From the NCBI GenBank assembly GCA_041480845.1, contig JBGPAU010000001.1, positions 5,382 through 69,381 of the forward strand: a stretch of 64,000 bases of DNA, written 5' to 3'. Under the pieces are notes generated by a model. That model had not been told where the DNA came from, did not search any database, and saw nothing but the letters and a program-made list of their open reading frames with translations. Below are positions 46,606 to 55,009 of the stretch, piece after piece. The position numbers and the translations under genes were made by a program. Source of the stretch: Patescibacteria group bacterium. Its GTDB lineage: Bacteria > Patescibacteriota > Microgenomatia > UBA8517. How positions within the stretch are numbered: the stretch's first letter is position 1; every line of letters begins with the position of its first letter.

Positions 46606-46625
46606 AGTCGGAGTGCCCGGGCTCG
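46606..46625 (-). repeat. Orphan direct copy (20/20) of the tRNA-Pro 3' end plus 1 nt of flank.
   Basis: AGTCGGAGTGCCCGGGCTCG is identical to 46679-46698. Confidence 0.7.
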
Positions 46626-46679
46626 CCGTGCACATGCCAAGTTAGCACTATCGCGACCGAAACTCTGACGAATCATCGA

Positions 46680-46755
46680 GTCGGAGTGCCCGGGCTCGAA
46701 CCGGGGACCTCCACGTCCCAAACGTGGCGCTCTAACCAACTGAGCTACACTCCGA
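46680..46755 (-). tRNA. tRNA-Pro (anticodon UGG).
   Basis: Acceptor CGGAGUG, anticodon arm CCACG-UUUGGGA-CGUGG, T-arm CCCGG-UUCGAGC-CCGGG. Confidence 0.8.
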
Positions 46756-46847
46756 TATATGTATTTTACCATTTCGTCGAGAAATGGCCAAGCTTAGCTT
46801 CTCATTATTAATAGACCTTTTTCCCTTAATTATCGTAAAATGGCTAT

Positions 46848-47636
46848 ATGGAGGGAATATCAAAAGCATTTTTGTTAATAGCACTTTTTATCTTAGCCTT
46901 AGGTTTATACATTTTTTATAATTGGTATTACCGATCGGTTCCTCAATCGGTAATTTACACACTTCCGCAAGTTCCGGAACCTAAATCAACCGACACAATT
47001 CTCATTTTTTCCCCCCACCCTGACGATGAAACTATTGCGGCCGGAGGTTATATAAAAGCTACTACATACGTTGGTGCTAAAGTCTGGATAGTTTTGGTAA
47101 CGGATGGGAATAAGCACCGTCTGGAAAAAATCAGATATAACGAATTTGAGACTGCAACAAATGAACTAGGTGTTAGTTTTGACCATCTTATTTATTTAAA
47201 TTATCCGGACGGTTCATTGAAAAATGAAAACCAGGCAAGTGTTCAGGAGGCACTTAATAAGATTATTTTGCAGGTCAATCCTAATATAATTTTTATCCCT
47301 CATCCGAAAGATACCCATCCTGATCATGCAACAACAGGAATTGATGCTGAGAAGGTTATTGCTGATTTAAAGAATGGGTCTCAAGTTTATTATTTTCTTG
47401 TTCATTTTCCGCATTTTCCAAGCCAGAAGGGTTTGAAAGAAAGGTTGTACGTAACACCTCCGCTAAAATTGCTGGAATTTTCAAAAGAGTGGGTAAGCTT
47501 TCCACTAACTCAACAAATGGAGGATTCTAAACAGGCTGCACTTTTGTCGTATAAATCCCAGCTTAAATACCCACCATTACGGTCACTTATTGAAGCATTC
47601 CCCAGACGTAATGAACTGTTTGAAGTAAACAGATAG
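46848..47636 (+). CDS. LmbE/PIG-L family N-acetylglucosaminyl deacetylase.
   Basis: HPDDE motif (ILIFSPHPDDETIAAGG), downstream HPDH, and an N-terminal TM. Confidence 0.7.
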   Translation: MEGISKAFLLIALFILALGLYIFYNWYYRSVPQSVIYTLPQVPEPKSTDTILIFSPHPDDETIAAGGYIKATTYVGAKVWIVLVTDGNKHRLEKIRYNEFETATNELGVSFDHLIYLNYPDGSLKNENQASVQEALNKIILQVNPNIIFIPHPKDTHPDHATTGIDAEKVIADLKNGSQVYYFLVHFPHFPSQKGLKERLYVTPPLKLLEFSKEWVSFPLTQQMEDSKQAALLSYKSQLKYPPLRSLIEAFPRRNELFEVNR

Positions 47637-47643
47637 CGAAGTA

Positions 47644-47680
47644 GTGCCGAGGGCGGTACTATACTCGGACTTACTCGGAT
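47644..47680 (-). repeat. Orphan copy of the tRNA-Leu(UAA) 3' end (GTGCCGAGGGCGG, 13/13) followed by scrambled T-loop-like ACTCGGA x2. Lies about 590 bp beyond the tRNA 3' end.
   Basis: Matches 48248-48260. Segment 47681-48247 contains a single ORF. Confidence 0.55.
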
Positions 47681-47792
47681 ATTTCAATGATACCTCAAAT
47701 GAGGCTGTAATTCTGGCCGGCCAACTGGAGTTACTAAAAGACCACTTGAAAGAAACAAAACTCCACGTTAACCTTTGGGCGTGAAGTAAAAT

Positions 47793-48206
47793 TTAACCCT
47801 TTTTCTCTCCTCCAAATAAAGTAGTGAGTGATAAAGCAGCCCACAAAGAAATTAATGTTTCAGTTTCAACTTCATTAAAACCTGCTTTCCTGGCAGCATT
47901 ATCTAAATTCTTTTTCTTTTCTGCTTCACTTACCCCTTTTGGTAAATTGTCTTGGATCGAACCGATAGCTTCACCGACAGCAAGCATCACAATTTTATCT
48001 GTTCGGCTAATGGATTCTCTAAGAAATTCTCTTGATAAAGAACTTTTAACTATATGGTCTGGAGTTGCATATAAATTTCTTAGCTTTTCCCAAAGCATTG
48101 CATAGCTGTTACCATCAGCGTCAACTTTTACAAATGTTTCATTCTTTGCATTATCAATAAATTCAATTTGATTAACGACCATCCCATTTGGAAGCTTTAT
48201 ATTCAT
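47793..48206 (-). CDS. Hypothetical protein encoded inside the segment bounded by tRNA-Leu(UAA) and its orphan 3'-end copy.
   Basis: 137-aa ORF with no recognisable motif. Confidence 0.35.
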   Translation of the reverse strand: MNIKLPNGMVVNQIEFIDNAKNETFVKVDADGNSYAMLWEKLRNLYATPDHIVKSSLSREFLRESISRTDKIVMLAVGEAIGSIQDNLPKGVSEAEKKKNLDNAARKAGFNEVETETLISLWAALSLTTLFGGEKKG

Positions 48207-48247
48207 TATTTAAAGTAAAATTTGTTTAAATTTATATATGAAAAATG

Positions 48248-48331
48248 TGCCGAGGGCGGGACTCGGACCCGCATGAGTTATGCACTCGAGGGCTCTTAAG
48301 GCCCTTGCGTATACCATTTCGCCACCTCGGC
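48248..48331 (-). tRNA. tRNA-Leu (anticodon UAA), class II.
   Basis: Acceptor GCCGAGG, anticodon arm AGGGC-CUUAAGA-GCCCU, long variable arm, T-arm GCGGG-UCCGAGU-CCCGC. Confidence 0.8.
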
Positions 48332-48584
48332 TAATTAAATTCGTTAAAGATCTCTTTTTTCATCCACACCCTCCCTGATCTAGACTTAAGATATTTCTCT
48401 TTCTTTAGTGCATCAATTTTATTAGAATAACTCTCAAGATAAATTAAAATCCAAGGTTTATATCTCTTAGTAAAATAACTTCTTCCATCATTATGTTCAT
48501 TCAATCTCCGTTCAGGGTTGTCTGTAATACCTACTTAACTTTTAATCTTGATTGTGCTTAACAGCACATAAATGTAATACATTT

Positions 48585-48633
48585 ACCATTTCGTCCGCCT
48601 AGGCTCGCGCCTAGCGAGACTGGCCACCTCGGC
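48585..48633 (-). pseudogene. tRNA-Leu 5' fragment: 20-nt copy of GCCGAGGUGGC|GAAAUGGUA interrupted after nt 11 by a 30-nt palindromic insert (CAGTCTCGCTAGGCGCGAGCCTAGGCGGAC). Lies 5 bp downstream of tRNA-Arg.
   Basis: Aligns to 48312-48331 of the intact tRNA-Leu(UAA). No matching 3' half nearby. Confidence 0.5.
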
Positions 48634-48638
48634 TCGGG

Positions 48639-48710
48639 TGCGCCTGGGGGGAATCGAACCCACATCAATAGTTCCGAAGACTATTGCTTTGTCCGTTAAG
48701 CTACAGGCGC
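48639..48710 (-). tRNA. tRNA-Arg (anticodon UCG).
   Basis: Acceptor GCGCCUG/CAGGCGC, anticodon arm AUAGU-CUUCGGA-ACUAU, T-arm GUGGG-UUCGAUU-CCCCC. Confidence 0.75.
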
Positions 48711-48745
48711 AATTTTAACCACTCTCGGGTATAATTGTATCAAAT

Positions 48746-49825
48746 ATGCTCACAATTGACGAACAAATCGCCCGAATTGAAGAAGTTTTGCGTAAAACTC
48801 CCCATCACAAAGCCACAAACGGGTTTATCGGAGCCATGAGGGCAAAAATCGCCAGATTAAAAGACAGGGAGATAGAAATGTCCGGAAAATCGGGTGGCGG
48901 AGGCGGTACTTCCTTCTCAGTTAAAAAGCAGGGCGACGCTACGGTTGTTCTTGTTGGACCTCCTTCTGCGGGAAAATCTACTTTAATTAACCAAATGACT
49001 AACGCAGAAAGCAAAGTTGCCCCCTACGCTTTTACCACAGTCACAGTTGTTCCGGGAATGCTCAAATACAAGGAAGCCTATATACAAATACTGGATATTC
49101 CCGGTTTAATTGAAGGGGCTAATGAAGGTAAAGGTAAGGGTAAAGAAGTTCTTTCTGTGGCCAGAAACGCAGACTTGCTGATTGTTATGACAGATGTCAA
49201 AAGAGTCGGTTTCATGACTAAAATGGTTACGGAACTTGAAGGGGCCGGTATAAGAATCAATCAGGGAAAACCTAAGGTAATTGTTGAAAAAAAGACCGAG
49301 GGAGGCTTGGAAATATTTTCCAATATAAAACAGGTGATCGATAAGGAAACGATTAAAGAAATTGCCCGTGAATACGGCATAATAAATGGTAATATTACGA
49401 TTAAGGAAAAATTGTCATTTAACCGTCTTTTTGATGCATTTTCGTCAAACCGTGTTTATGTCCCCACAATTTTTGTAATTAACAAAGTGGATATGGAACC
49501 AAATTACCAGAATTTGATCGACGGAGAATATGTAGGCATTAGTGCAGACAGAGGGAAAGGAATAGGTGAATTAATAAACGAAATGTGGAAGGCTTTAAAG
49601 TTTGTTACGGTTTATTTGGTCAAACCCGATGAAAATTTGGAGGATGGAAATCCGATCATAATGAGACATGGGGAAACTCTTAGGGATGTTGCCCTTAAAA
49701 TCGGTCCTGATTTTGCCGAAAGAGTCAATCTTGTTAAAATTTGGGGGTCCGCAGCTAAATTTCCCGGTCAGGAAGTTTCATTCGATACAGAAGTTTTGGA
49801 AGGGATGCGGATAAGATTCGTGTAA
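48746..49825 (+). CDS. DRG/Rbg-family GTP-binding protein with C-terminal TGS domain (archaeal/eukaryal-type developmentally regulated GTPase).
   Basis: N-terminus KATNGFIGAMRAKIARLK, Gly-run, G1 GPPSAGKST, FTTVTVVPG, DIPGLIEGA, and a TGS-like C-terminus. Co-linear with DRG proteins. Confidence 0.7.
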   Translation: MLTIDEQIARIEEVLRKTPHHKATNGFIGAMRAKIARLKDREIEMSGKSGGGGGTSFSVKKQGDATVVLVGPPSAGKSTLINQMTNAESKVAPYAFTTVTVVPGMLKYKEAYIQILDIPGLIEGANEGKGKGKEVLSVARNADLLIVMTDVKRVGFMTKMVTELEGAGIRINQGKPKVIVEKKTEGGLEIFSNIKQVIDKETIKEIAREYGIINGNITIKEKLSFNRLFDAFSSNRVYVPTIFVINKVDMEPNYQNLIDGEYVGISADRGKGIGELINEMWKALKFVTVYLVKPDENLEDGNPIIMRHGETLRDVALKIGPDFAERVNLVKIWGSAAKFPGQEVSFDTEVLEGMRIRFV

Positions 49826-49827
49826 AA

Positions 49828-50646
49828 ATGCAAGATTATGAATTAATTGACAGCGGAGACGGAAGGCGTCTGGAACGTTTTGGTAAGTATGTTTTGGACC
49901 GGCCTGATCCTGAAGTTTTGTGGCAGAAGAAATTATCCGAGTCAGACTGGAAAAAGGCAGATGCTGTTTTTAGAGGCCGGTGGATCAATGTTAATAAAAT
50001 TCCGGAAAGATGGGAACTATCATATCATGACATTAAATTTTGGGCCAAGCTTGCACCATTCAAACATACGGGTGTATTTCCCGAACAGTGTGGACAGTGG
50101 GATTACATTTTAGAAACGTTAAAAGGCAAAAATACAAACGTGTTAAATCTTTTTGCCTATACCGGCATCGCCTCTCTTTTTGCAGCTAAAGCAGGAGCAA
50201 AAGTTACACATCTTGATGCCAGTAAACCGGCAATAACCTGGGCCAATGAAAACCGCAATTTAAACGGCATGCAGGACGCGCCGATTAGGTGGATTGTTGA
50301 CGATGCTATAAAATTTACTGAAAGGGAAGCCAAAAGGGGAGTCAAATATGATGCCATAATTATGGATCCTCCGGTATATGGCCACGGTCCCGCTGGTGAA
50401 ATTTGGGATTTTAACAAGGATTTTCCAAAATTACTTCAAAACTGCCGGCTAATAATTTCCGACAGCCCCATGTTCGTATTGGTCAACGCTTATGCGGTTT
50501 CCTCCTCTTCGACTACATTGGCAAATACGCTGCAGGGATATTTTGGGAGTTTCGGCGGCCAAATTGAAAATGGAGAGTTAAATTTGAAAGAAAAATCCGC
50601 CGGCCGTCTTCTTTCAACCGGAATCTGGGCAAGATGGAATAAATAA
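49828..50646 (+). CDS. Class I SAM-dependent RNA methyltransferase (RlmI/RlmK-like, no PUA).
   Basis: LDASKPAI, IMDPPVYGHG (DPP motif) and NAY motif. Confidence 0.55.
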   Translation: MQDYELIDSGDGRRLERFGKYVLDRPDPEVLWQKKLSESDWKKADAVFRGRWINVNKIPERWELSYHDIKFWAKLAPFKHTGVFPEQCGQWDYILETLKGKNTNVLNLFAYTGIASLFAAKAGAKVTHLDASKPAITWANENRNLNGMQDAPIRWIVDDAIKFTEREAKRGVKYDAIIMDPPVYGHGPAGEIWDFNKDFPKLLQNCRLIISDSPMFVLVNAYAVSSSSTTLANTLQGYFGSFGGQIENGELNLKEKSAGRLLSTGIWARWNK

Positions 50647-50667
50647 TGGTAAAATGGCTTCGTGAGC

Positions 50668-50739
50668 GGGCCTGTAGCTCAACGGTAGAGCAATTCCCTC
50701 TTAAGGAAGAGGTTGATGGTTCGAATCCATCCAGGCTCA
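50668..50739 (+). tRNA. tRNA-Lys (anticodon CUU).
   Basis: Acceptor GGGCCUG/CAGGCUC, anticodon arm AUUCC-CUCUUAA-GGAAG, T-arm GAUGG-UUCGAAU-CCAUC. Confidence 0.75.
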
Positions 50740-50749
50740 CTTAGAATTT

Positions 50750-52135
50750 TTATCTCAACGCGCTTTGTAAGTACGATCCTATTTTGGAAAAAAACGAGCC
50801 GACTTGCACTTTATCGATTTTAGTTATAAGACCTTCAATCGGAAAACTGTTAGTTACTCTCTTCCCGTTTTTGTCACCCAAAAATAATGATTTACTGTAA
50901 ATTCCGGACGTCCCGGGGGCTGCAATCTTAAATAGAATTAAACCAAGCTTTGTTGGCTCAATATTCGGGAACGTATAACTTTTAATCTCAACATCTTTTG
51001 TGTCACCTGAGACAAAAATATCGTTTGTGTTCCAAATGGATTGTCCCGTATTTTTGGCCAATATTGCACCACCAAAATCGCTTCCGGAAAGAATCAAGGG
51101 TTGCGCGATTGCTCCAAGGATTTGTCCGCTGACTATTTGAACGGGTTCGCCGGCCTCCTTGGAAATTGCTTGCATTCCCGAATAATAAGGATAGAAAGTT
51201 CCTTCGCTTTTCTTCCAGGAAAATTCGGAAAAAGGGGCTTGAGGATAGTTTAGAATAAACGGAGTCACGGCCGTGATACGAGAATCGTTCCAGACATTTT
51301 TAAATGCATATTCATACTTTGCTGAAATTTTGCCGGGGTCGATTTGTTGATTTGACCAGCCGGTTTCGGTAATAAATACAGGTAAATATTTATTTATCCC
51401 AAGAGTTTTTAGATAATTTAACTCCCACGAAAATGTATCGATTGTTCCCTTGCCTTTATCCGTTTCTTTCCCCGAAAATGCAGGATTTGGATAGGAGTGC
51501 GAAACCCAGCCGTCAAGATTGTCAAAAAGTTTCGGCTCGGCAAGAAGCATTTTTTTAAGAAAAATTGTTTCATCCATCGTTGATGGGGTATTTTTAGCAG
51601 AGGCGTCTAACCCGGCAGGAAGTACAAAATAATCGGGAGAGGTCTGATGAAGTTTCTGCGCAAATTTGTTCAAATAAGTCGCATAACCGGCAGGATCAAT
51701 TTTGTCACCCCATTCTGTTGCATGATTGGGTTCGTTGGCAATTATTATATACCGGTTTTTTATAACCCAGTTTAAGGAATTTAAAAAAGCTACCCAATTA
51801 TTTATTTCTGCATCATTCGGGGCTTCCCATGTGCTTCCGTTGGCTTTGGTGGCAATTCTTACAATGGGAATCAAATGCAGCCTTCTCATCTGATCAAATA
51901 CCTGCTGGAAACGTTCGTAATTTCTTTCTGCCTCGGTTATGACAAGTGTTACATAGCCCCAATCTCCTCCTGAGGAGTTAACCAAAGCGGTAGCATCAGG
52001 TAAATCTTTTTCATCGGTAATGTGGATTCCGAATTTATTATTTGGGGGCGATATGGACAAATTTTCAGCAAAAACACAGGAATGTATGCTAAAAAATACC
52101 ATAACCGAGAAGATAATTGAAAATAACTTTTTCAT
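50750..52135 (-). CDS. Secreted glycoside hydrolase, GH5-like (clan GH-A).
   Basis: Signal peptide, NEP acid/base motif (IIANEPNHATEWG), and nucleophile region (FITETGW). Confidence 0.55.
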   Translation of the reverse strand: MKKLFSIIFSVMVFFSIHSCVFAENLSISPPNNKFGIHITDEKDLPDATALVNSSGGDWGYVTLVITEAERNYERFQQVFDQMRRLHLIPIVRIATKANGSTWEAPNDAEINNWVAFLNSLNWVIKNRYIIIANEPNHATEWGDKIDPAGYATYLNKFAQKLHQTSPDYFVLPAGLDASAKNTPSTMDETIFLKKMLLAEPKLFDNLDGWVSHSYPNPAFSGKETDKGKGTIDTFSWELNYLKTLGINKYLPVFITETGWSNQQIDPGKISAKYEYAFKNVWNDSRITAVTPFILNYPQAPFSEFSWKKSEGTFYPYYSGMQAISKEAGEPVQIVSGQILGAIAQPLILSGSDFGGAILAKNTGQSIWNTNDIFVSGDTKDVEIKSYTFPNIEPTKLGLILFKIAAPGTSGIYSKSLFLGDKNGKRVTNSFPIEGLITKIDKVQVGSFFSKIGSYLQSALR

Positions 52136-52204
52136 TCCAAGTATTCATTGTACCAATTAATTTGACGTACTTGAAATCTTATATATAATGAAGAACTTAC
52201 ATAA

Positions 52205-52552
52205 ATGCCGAGCAATAAAACAAAAACAATAAAATCGCCCTTCAGTAAGGAAGTATATAGAAAAAATGCCGAACTATATAAAGTTATGGCCAATGCAAAA
52301 CGCCTTGAAATATTGAATTGTATTGTGGATAAAGAAGCCACCGTCAACGAACTTTCCAAAATGCTGGGTACGAGAAAGTCCAATACTTCCCAGCATTTGG
52401 CATACCTAAGATATGTCGGTCTTGTTACAACCAGAAGACAAGGAAAAAATGTTTTTTACAAAATTACGGACCCCAGAATTGTTGAGCCCTGCAAAATATT
52501 TAATGACCTTCGTGCAAGTAGAACCTTCATCAAAGCCTCCCAGATTATTTAA
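52205..52552 (+). CDS. ArsR/SmtB family transcriptional regulator.
   Basis: wHTH (AKRLEILNCIV...ATVNELSKMLGTRKSNTSQHLAYLRYVGLV). Confidence 0.7.
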   Translation: MPSNKTKTIKSPFSKEVYRKNAELYKVMANAKRLEILNCIVDKEATVNELSKMLGTRKSNTSQHLAYLRYVGLVTTRRQGKNVFYKITDPRIVEPCKIFNDLRASRTFIKASQII

Positions 52553-52568
52553 ATTCTGAGCACATCCT

Positions 52569-52623
52569 TGTGTCCCTGGACAGAATCGAACTGTCATCTC
52601 CTCCTTAGAAGGGAGATGCTCTA
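52569..52623 (-). repeat. Orphan 55-nt direct copy of the 3' two-thirds of tRNA-Arg(UCU) (3' end through anticodon arm), 97 bp beyond the intact gene.
   Basis: Identical to 52666-52720. Confidence 0.7.
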
Positions 52624-52667
52624 CCTCGTTGGACGCGGCAAGCTACGCTTATCCGTTGACCTCGCTG

Positions 52668-52739
52668 TGTCCCTGGACAGAATCGAACTGTCATCTCCTC
52701 CTTAGAAGGGAGATGCTCTATCCGTTGAGCTACAGGGAC
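52668..52739 (-). tRNA. tRNA-Arg (anticodon UCU).
   Basis: Acceptor GUCCCUG, anticodon arm UCUCC-CUUCUAA-GGAGG, T-arm GACAG-UUCGAUU-CUGUC. Confidence 0.8.
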
Positions 52740-52756
52740 ATTTTCAGAAGGTCTTG

Positions 52757-52828
52757 AGCGGCGGACGGGAATTGAACCCGCTACATTCTCCTTGGCAAGG
52801 AGACATTCTACCGATGAATTACCGCCGC
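52757..52828 (-). tRNA. tRNA-Gly (anticodon GCC).
   Basis: Acceptor GCGGCGG, anticodon arm UCUCC-UUGCCAA-GGAGA, T-arm GCGGG-UUCAAUU-CCCGU. Confidence 0.8.
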
Positions 52829-52903
52829 GACAGCCTTAATGATACAGCAAATGAGGGTAAAACTCTAGGTTTTACTTCATATATGAGCTAGAATACCTTA
52901 AAT

Positions 52904-53578
52904 ATGCGTATTCATAAGATAACGGTTATTATTCCGACAAAGAATGAAGGAGAAGGTCTTGAAGGGGTCATAAATTCCGTAAAAAAGTATTGCAGTGAAG
53001 TAATAGTTATTGACGGACACTCAAATGATAACACAAAAGAAATTTCCTTAAGAACCGGTGCGCGGTTTTTCCTGGATCACGGGGAAGGCAAGGGTGATGC
53101 CGTAAGACTGGGGTTGAGCAAGGCCACGGGTGATATTGTTGTAATATTTGACTCGGATGGCTCCCCCAATTCTTCCGATATACCAAAATTAATTAGTGAA
53201 ATAGAAAAAGGTGCCGACATGGTGATCACTTCAAGAAGAACCGGCGGAAGTTTTGATTTTGAGCTTACCCCCAATGGAATCTTACGTACTTTCGGATCGG
53301 ATCTCATGGTTTATCTTGTAAATAAAAAATTTCACACACGTCTAAGCGATATTTTATATAATTTTCGGGCAATTAGAAAAAATGTCGGACAGAAATTGGA
53401 TCTTAAGGCTGATGGGTTTGATATTGAGCAGGAGATGCTCATCCGCGCTCTCCAAGGAGGTTACAAAGTCATCGAAATTCCTTCACGCGAGAACGCCAGA
53501 AAATGGGGTAAATCAAAATTAAATACGTTTACGGGAGTATCTCTCCTTTATAAACTCATAAAGCTTCTTTATTTTTGA
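52904..53578 (+). CDS. Glycosyltransferase family 2 (dolichyl/polyprenyl-phosphate sugar synthase-like).
   Basis: VIIPTKNE start and DxD (VIFDSDG). DPM-synthase-like length. Confidence 0.7.
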   Translation: MRIHKITVIIPTKNEGEGLEGVINSVKKYCSEVIVIDGHSNDNTKEISLRTGARFFLDHGEGKGDAVRLGLSKATGDIVVIFDSDGSPNSSDIPKLISEIEKGADMVITSRRTGGSFDFELTPNGILRTFGSDLMVYLVNKKFHTRLSDILYNFRAIRKNVGQKLDLKADGFDIEQEMLIRALQGGYKVIEIPSRENARKWGKSKLNTFTGVSLLYKLIKLLYF

Positions 53579-54778
53579 CGGATAAAAAATAGCCAAAGCG
53601 ACAGGCACAAGCGCGATAAGGATTTTCGGATGATAGCTTAGCTCAGGCACTATGAGCATGTTGGTTACGGCAATTACCGCTAAAAATTCTTCTTTTGCAA
53701 ACTTTTTGGCATAAATAAATAGAGCAAGTATGCAAGGTATAAATGCGGGGTAGGTATATCTAAATACGGAGGTAATCAGACTTGGTGTTGGCCCTGAGGG
53801 TAGAAAAAGGTAAACAGTAAAGCTTAAAAGCGCCAGAAATATGAGCTTTTGTATCCCAAGACGGAAGATCCTGTTCACATTCTTGAAGGTTAAAAAGTAT
53901 AATATCGGGACGACCAGAACTACCAGGCACCAGACGGTATATTCCGAAATAAAGGCGTGTAGCCAGATAATTGGCCCGTTTCTAAAGTATATAAACATTT
54001 TCCAAACTGCCTCATCTAATATGTGATAATCAATTCCTTTGAAAAAAGGTATTGTTTGTGGAAAATATGGATCGCCGGTTAGTACGTAATTACGGATATA
54101 CCAAGAAAGCCCCAAAACAGAAAACGGAGTCAAAAACGCGAGCAAACGGCGTAAATTTAAAAGTTTAAAGGTTTCTTTTCCGTAAAGAATTAATAAAAAC
54201 ATTGTATATGCAGGACCTGTATATTTACTGCCAAAAAGCATTCCCAACGTGATTCCTAAAATGAGAAAATGTTTATAACTTTTTACAGGTCTTCGAAGGA
54301 AAACTATTGATAATCCGAAAAAGGCTGCCAGCCAGACATCAATTGTTTGCGACATAATCCAGCGTATTACTGTATGAAGCGTGGCTAGACTTGTAGCAAA
54401 AATTATTGATAAATTATCAGATAAATCGTAGCTTTTTGCTAGTGCGCGCATGGCAAAAAAGAATAAAATGACTCCCGCGACACCAAATAAATTAAGGGGA
54501 ATTTTGAGAAAGTTGAAAATGCTTAAAATAATTTCAGAACTTCCGGGTTGATACAGCCTATATGGATCTGCAAAGAGATCGATATTGGGACGGAATGAAT
54601 ATGATCCTGGATTTAAAATTTTACCCGATAAAATTAGTCTGGATATTGGAATGTGATAACCGATGCTATCTACTTCCCAAACTTTAGTTGTTACTCCCTG
54701 TACAAAATAATATAAAAGAAGGAAAGCGAAAATAACAAGTGAAATTTTTGCGAGAAAAGAGAGAAGGTTATTCTTCAT
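53519..54778 (-). CDS. Polytopic membrane protein, GT-C-like (hypothetical). Likely partner of the GT2 gene at 52904.
   Basis: 419 aa, about 12 TM helices. Similar in size and composition to 4753-6012. Confidence 0.4.
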   Translation of the reverse strand: MKNNLLSFLAKISLVIFAFLLLYYFVQGVTTKVWEVDSIGYHIPISRLILSGKILNPGSYSFRPNIDLFADPYRLYQPGSSEIILSIFNFLKIPLNLFGVAGVILFFFAMRALAKSYDLSDNLSIIFATSLATLHTVIRWIMSQTIDVWLAAFFGLSIVFLRRPVKSYKHFLILGITLGMLFGSKYTGPAYTMFLLILYGKETFKLLNLRRLLAFLTPFSVLGLSWYIRNYVLTGDPYFPQTIPFFKGIDYHILDEAVWKMFIYFRNGPIIWLHAFISEYTVWCLVVLVVPILYFLTFKNVNRIFRLGIQKLIFLALLSFTVYLFLPSGPTPSLITSVFRYTYPAFIPCILALFIYAKKFAKEEFLAVIAVTNMLIVPELSYHPKILIALVPVALAIFYPSKIKKLYEFIKERYSRKRI

Positions 54779-54785
54779 ACTAATG

Positions 54786-54858
54786 TGCCGAGAGGCTGAG
54801 TCGAACAGCCATTTGACGCTCTTCAGGCGCCCGCCGTGACCACCTTGGCTATCTCGGC
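54786..54858 (-). tRNA. tRNA-Phe (anticodon GAA).
   Basis: Acceptor GCCGAGA/UCUCGGC, anticodon arm GGCGC-CUGAAGA-GCGUC, T-arm GGCUG-UUCGACU-CAGCC. Confidence 0.7.
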
Positions 54859-54866
54859 AAAATCAT

Positions 54867-55000
54867 ATTTTGACGAGACAAGATTCCTCTTATCTCGGCA
54901 TGAACGAAGTGAATGCGGAGACAAGCTCTGCTTATCTCGGCGCTTCACCATTATTTTGCCGAGACAAGGTTCTAGCGAAGCCAGGTTCATATCTCGGCAT
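54867..55000. repeat. Tandem array of three extra imperfect hairpin units (about 40-59 bp each). Each unit is GRCGAGACAAG...YTATCTCGGC, where the 3' arm is a copy of the tRNA-Phe 5' end (TATCTCGGC).
   Basis: TATCTCGGC occurs at 54850, 54892, 54933 and 54992. GNCGAGACAAG occurs at 54872, 54915 and 54958. The arms are mutually complementary. Confidence 0.6.
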
Positions 55001-55009
55001 GTATTTTAG

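Noticed and set aside
52132-52383. 83-aa minus-strand ORF overlapping the ArsR regulator.
   Set aside because: It overlaps a well-supported wHTH regulator on the opposite strand and has low-complexity hydrophobic composition, so it is probably spurious.
54849-55000. Possible CRISPR array.
   Set aside because: Repeat cores are only 9-11 bp with irregular 40-59 bp spacing. Each repeat is half of a hairpin derived from the tRNA-Phe 5' end. There are no cas genes in the window.
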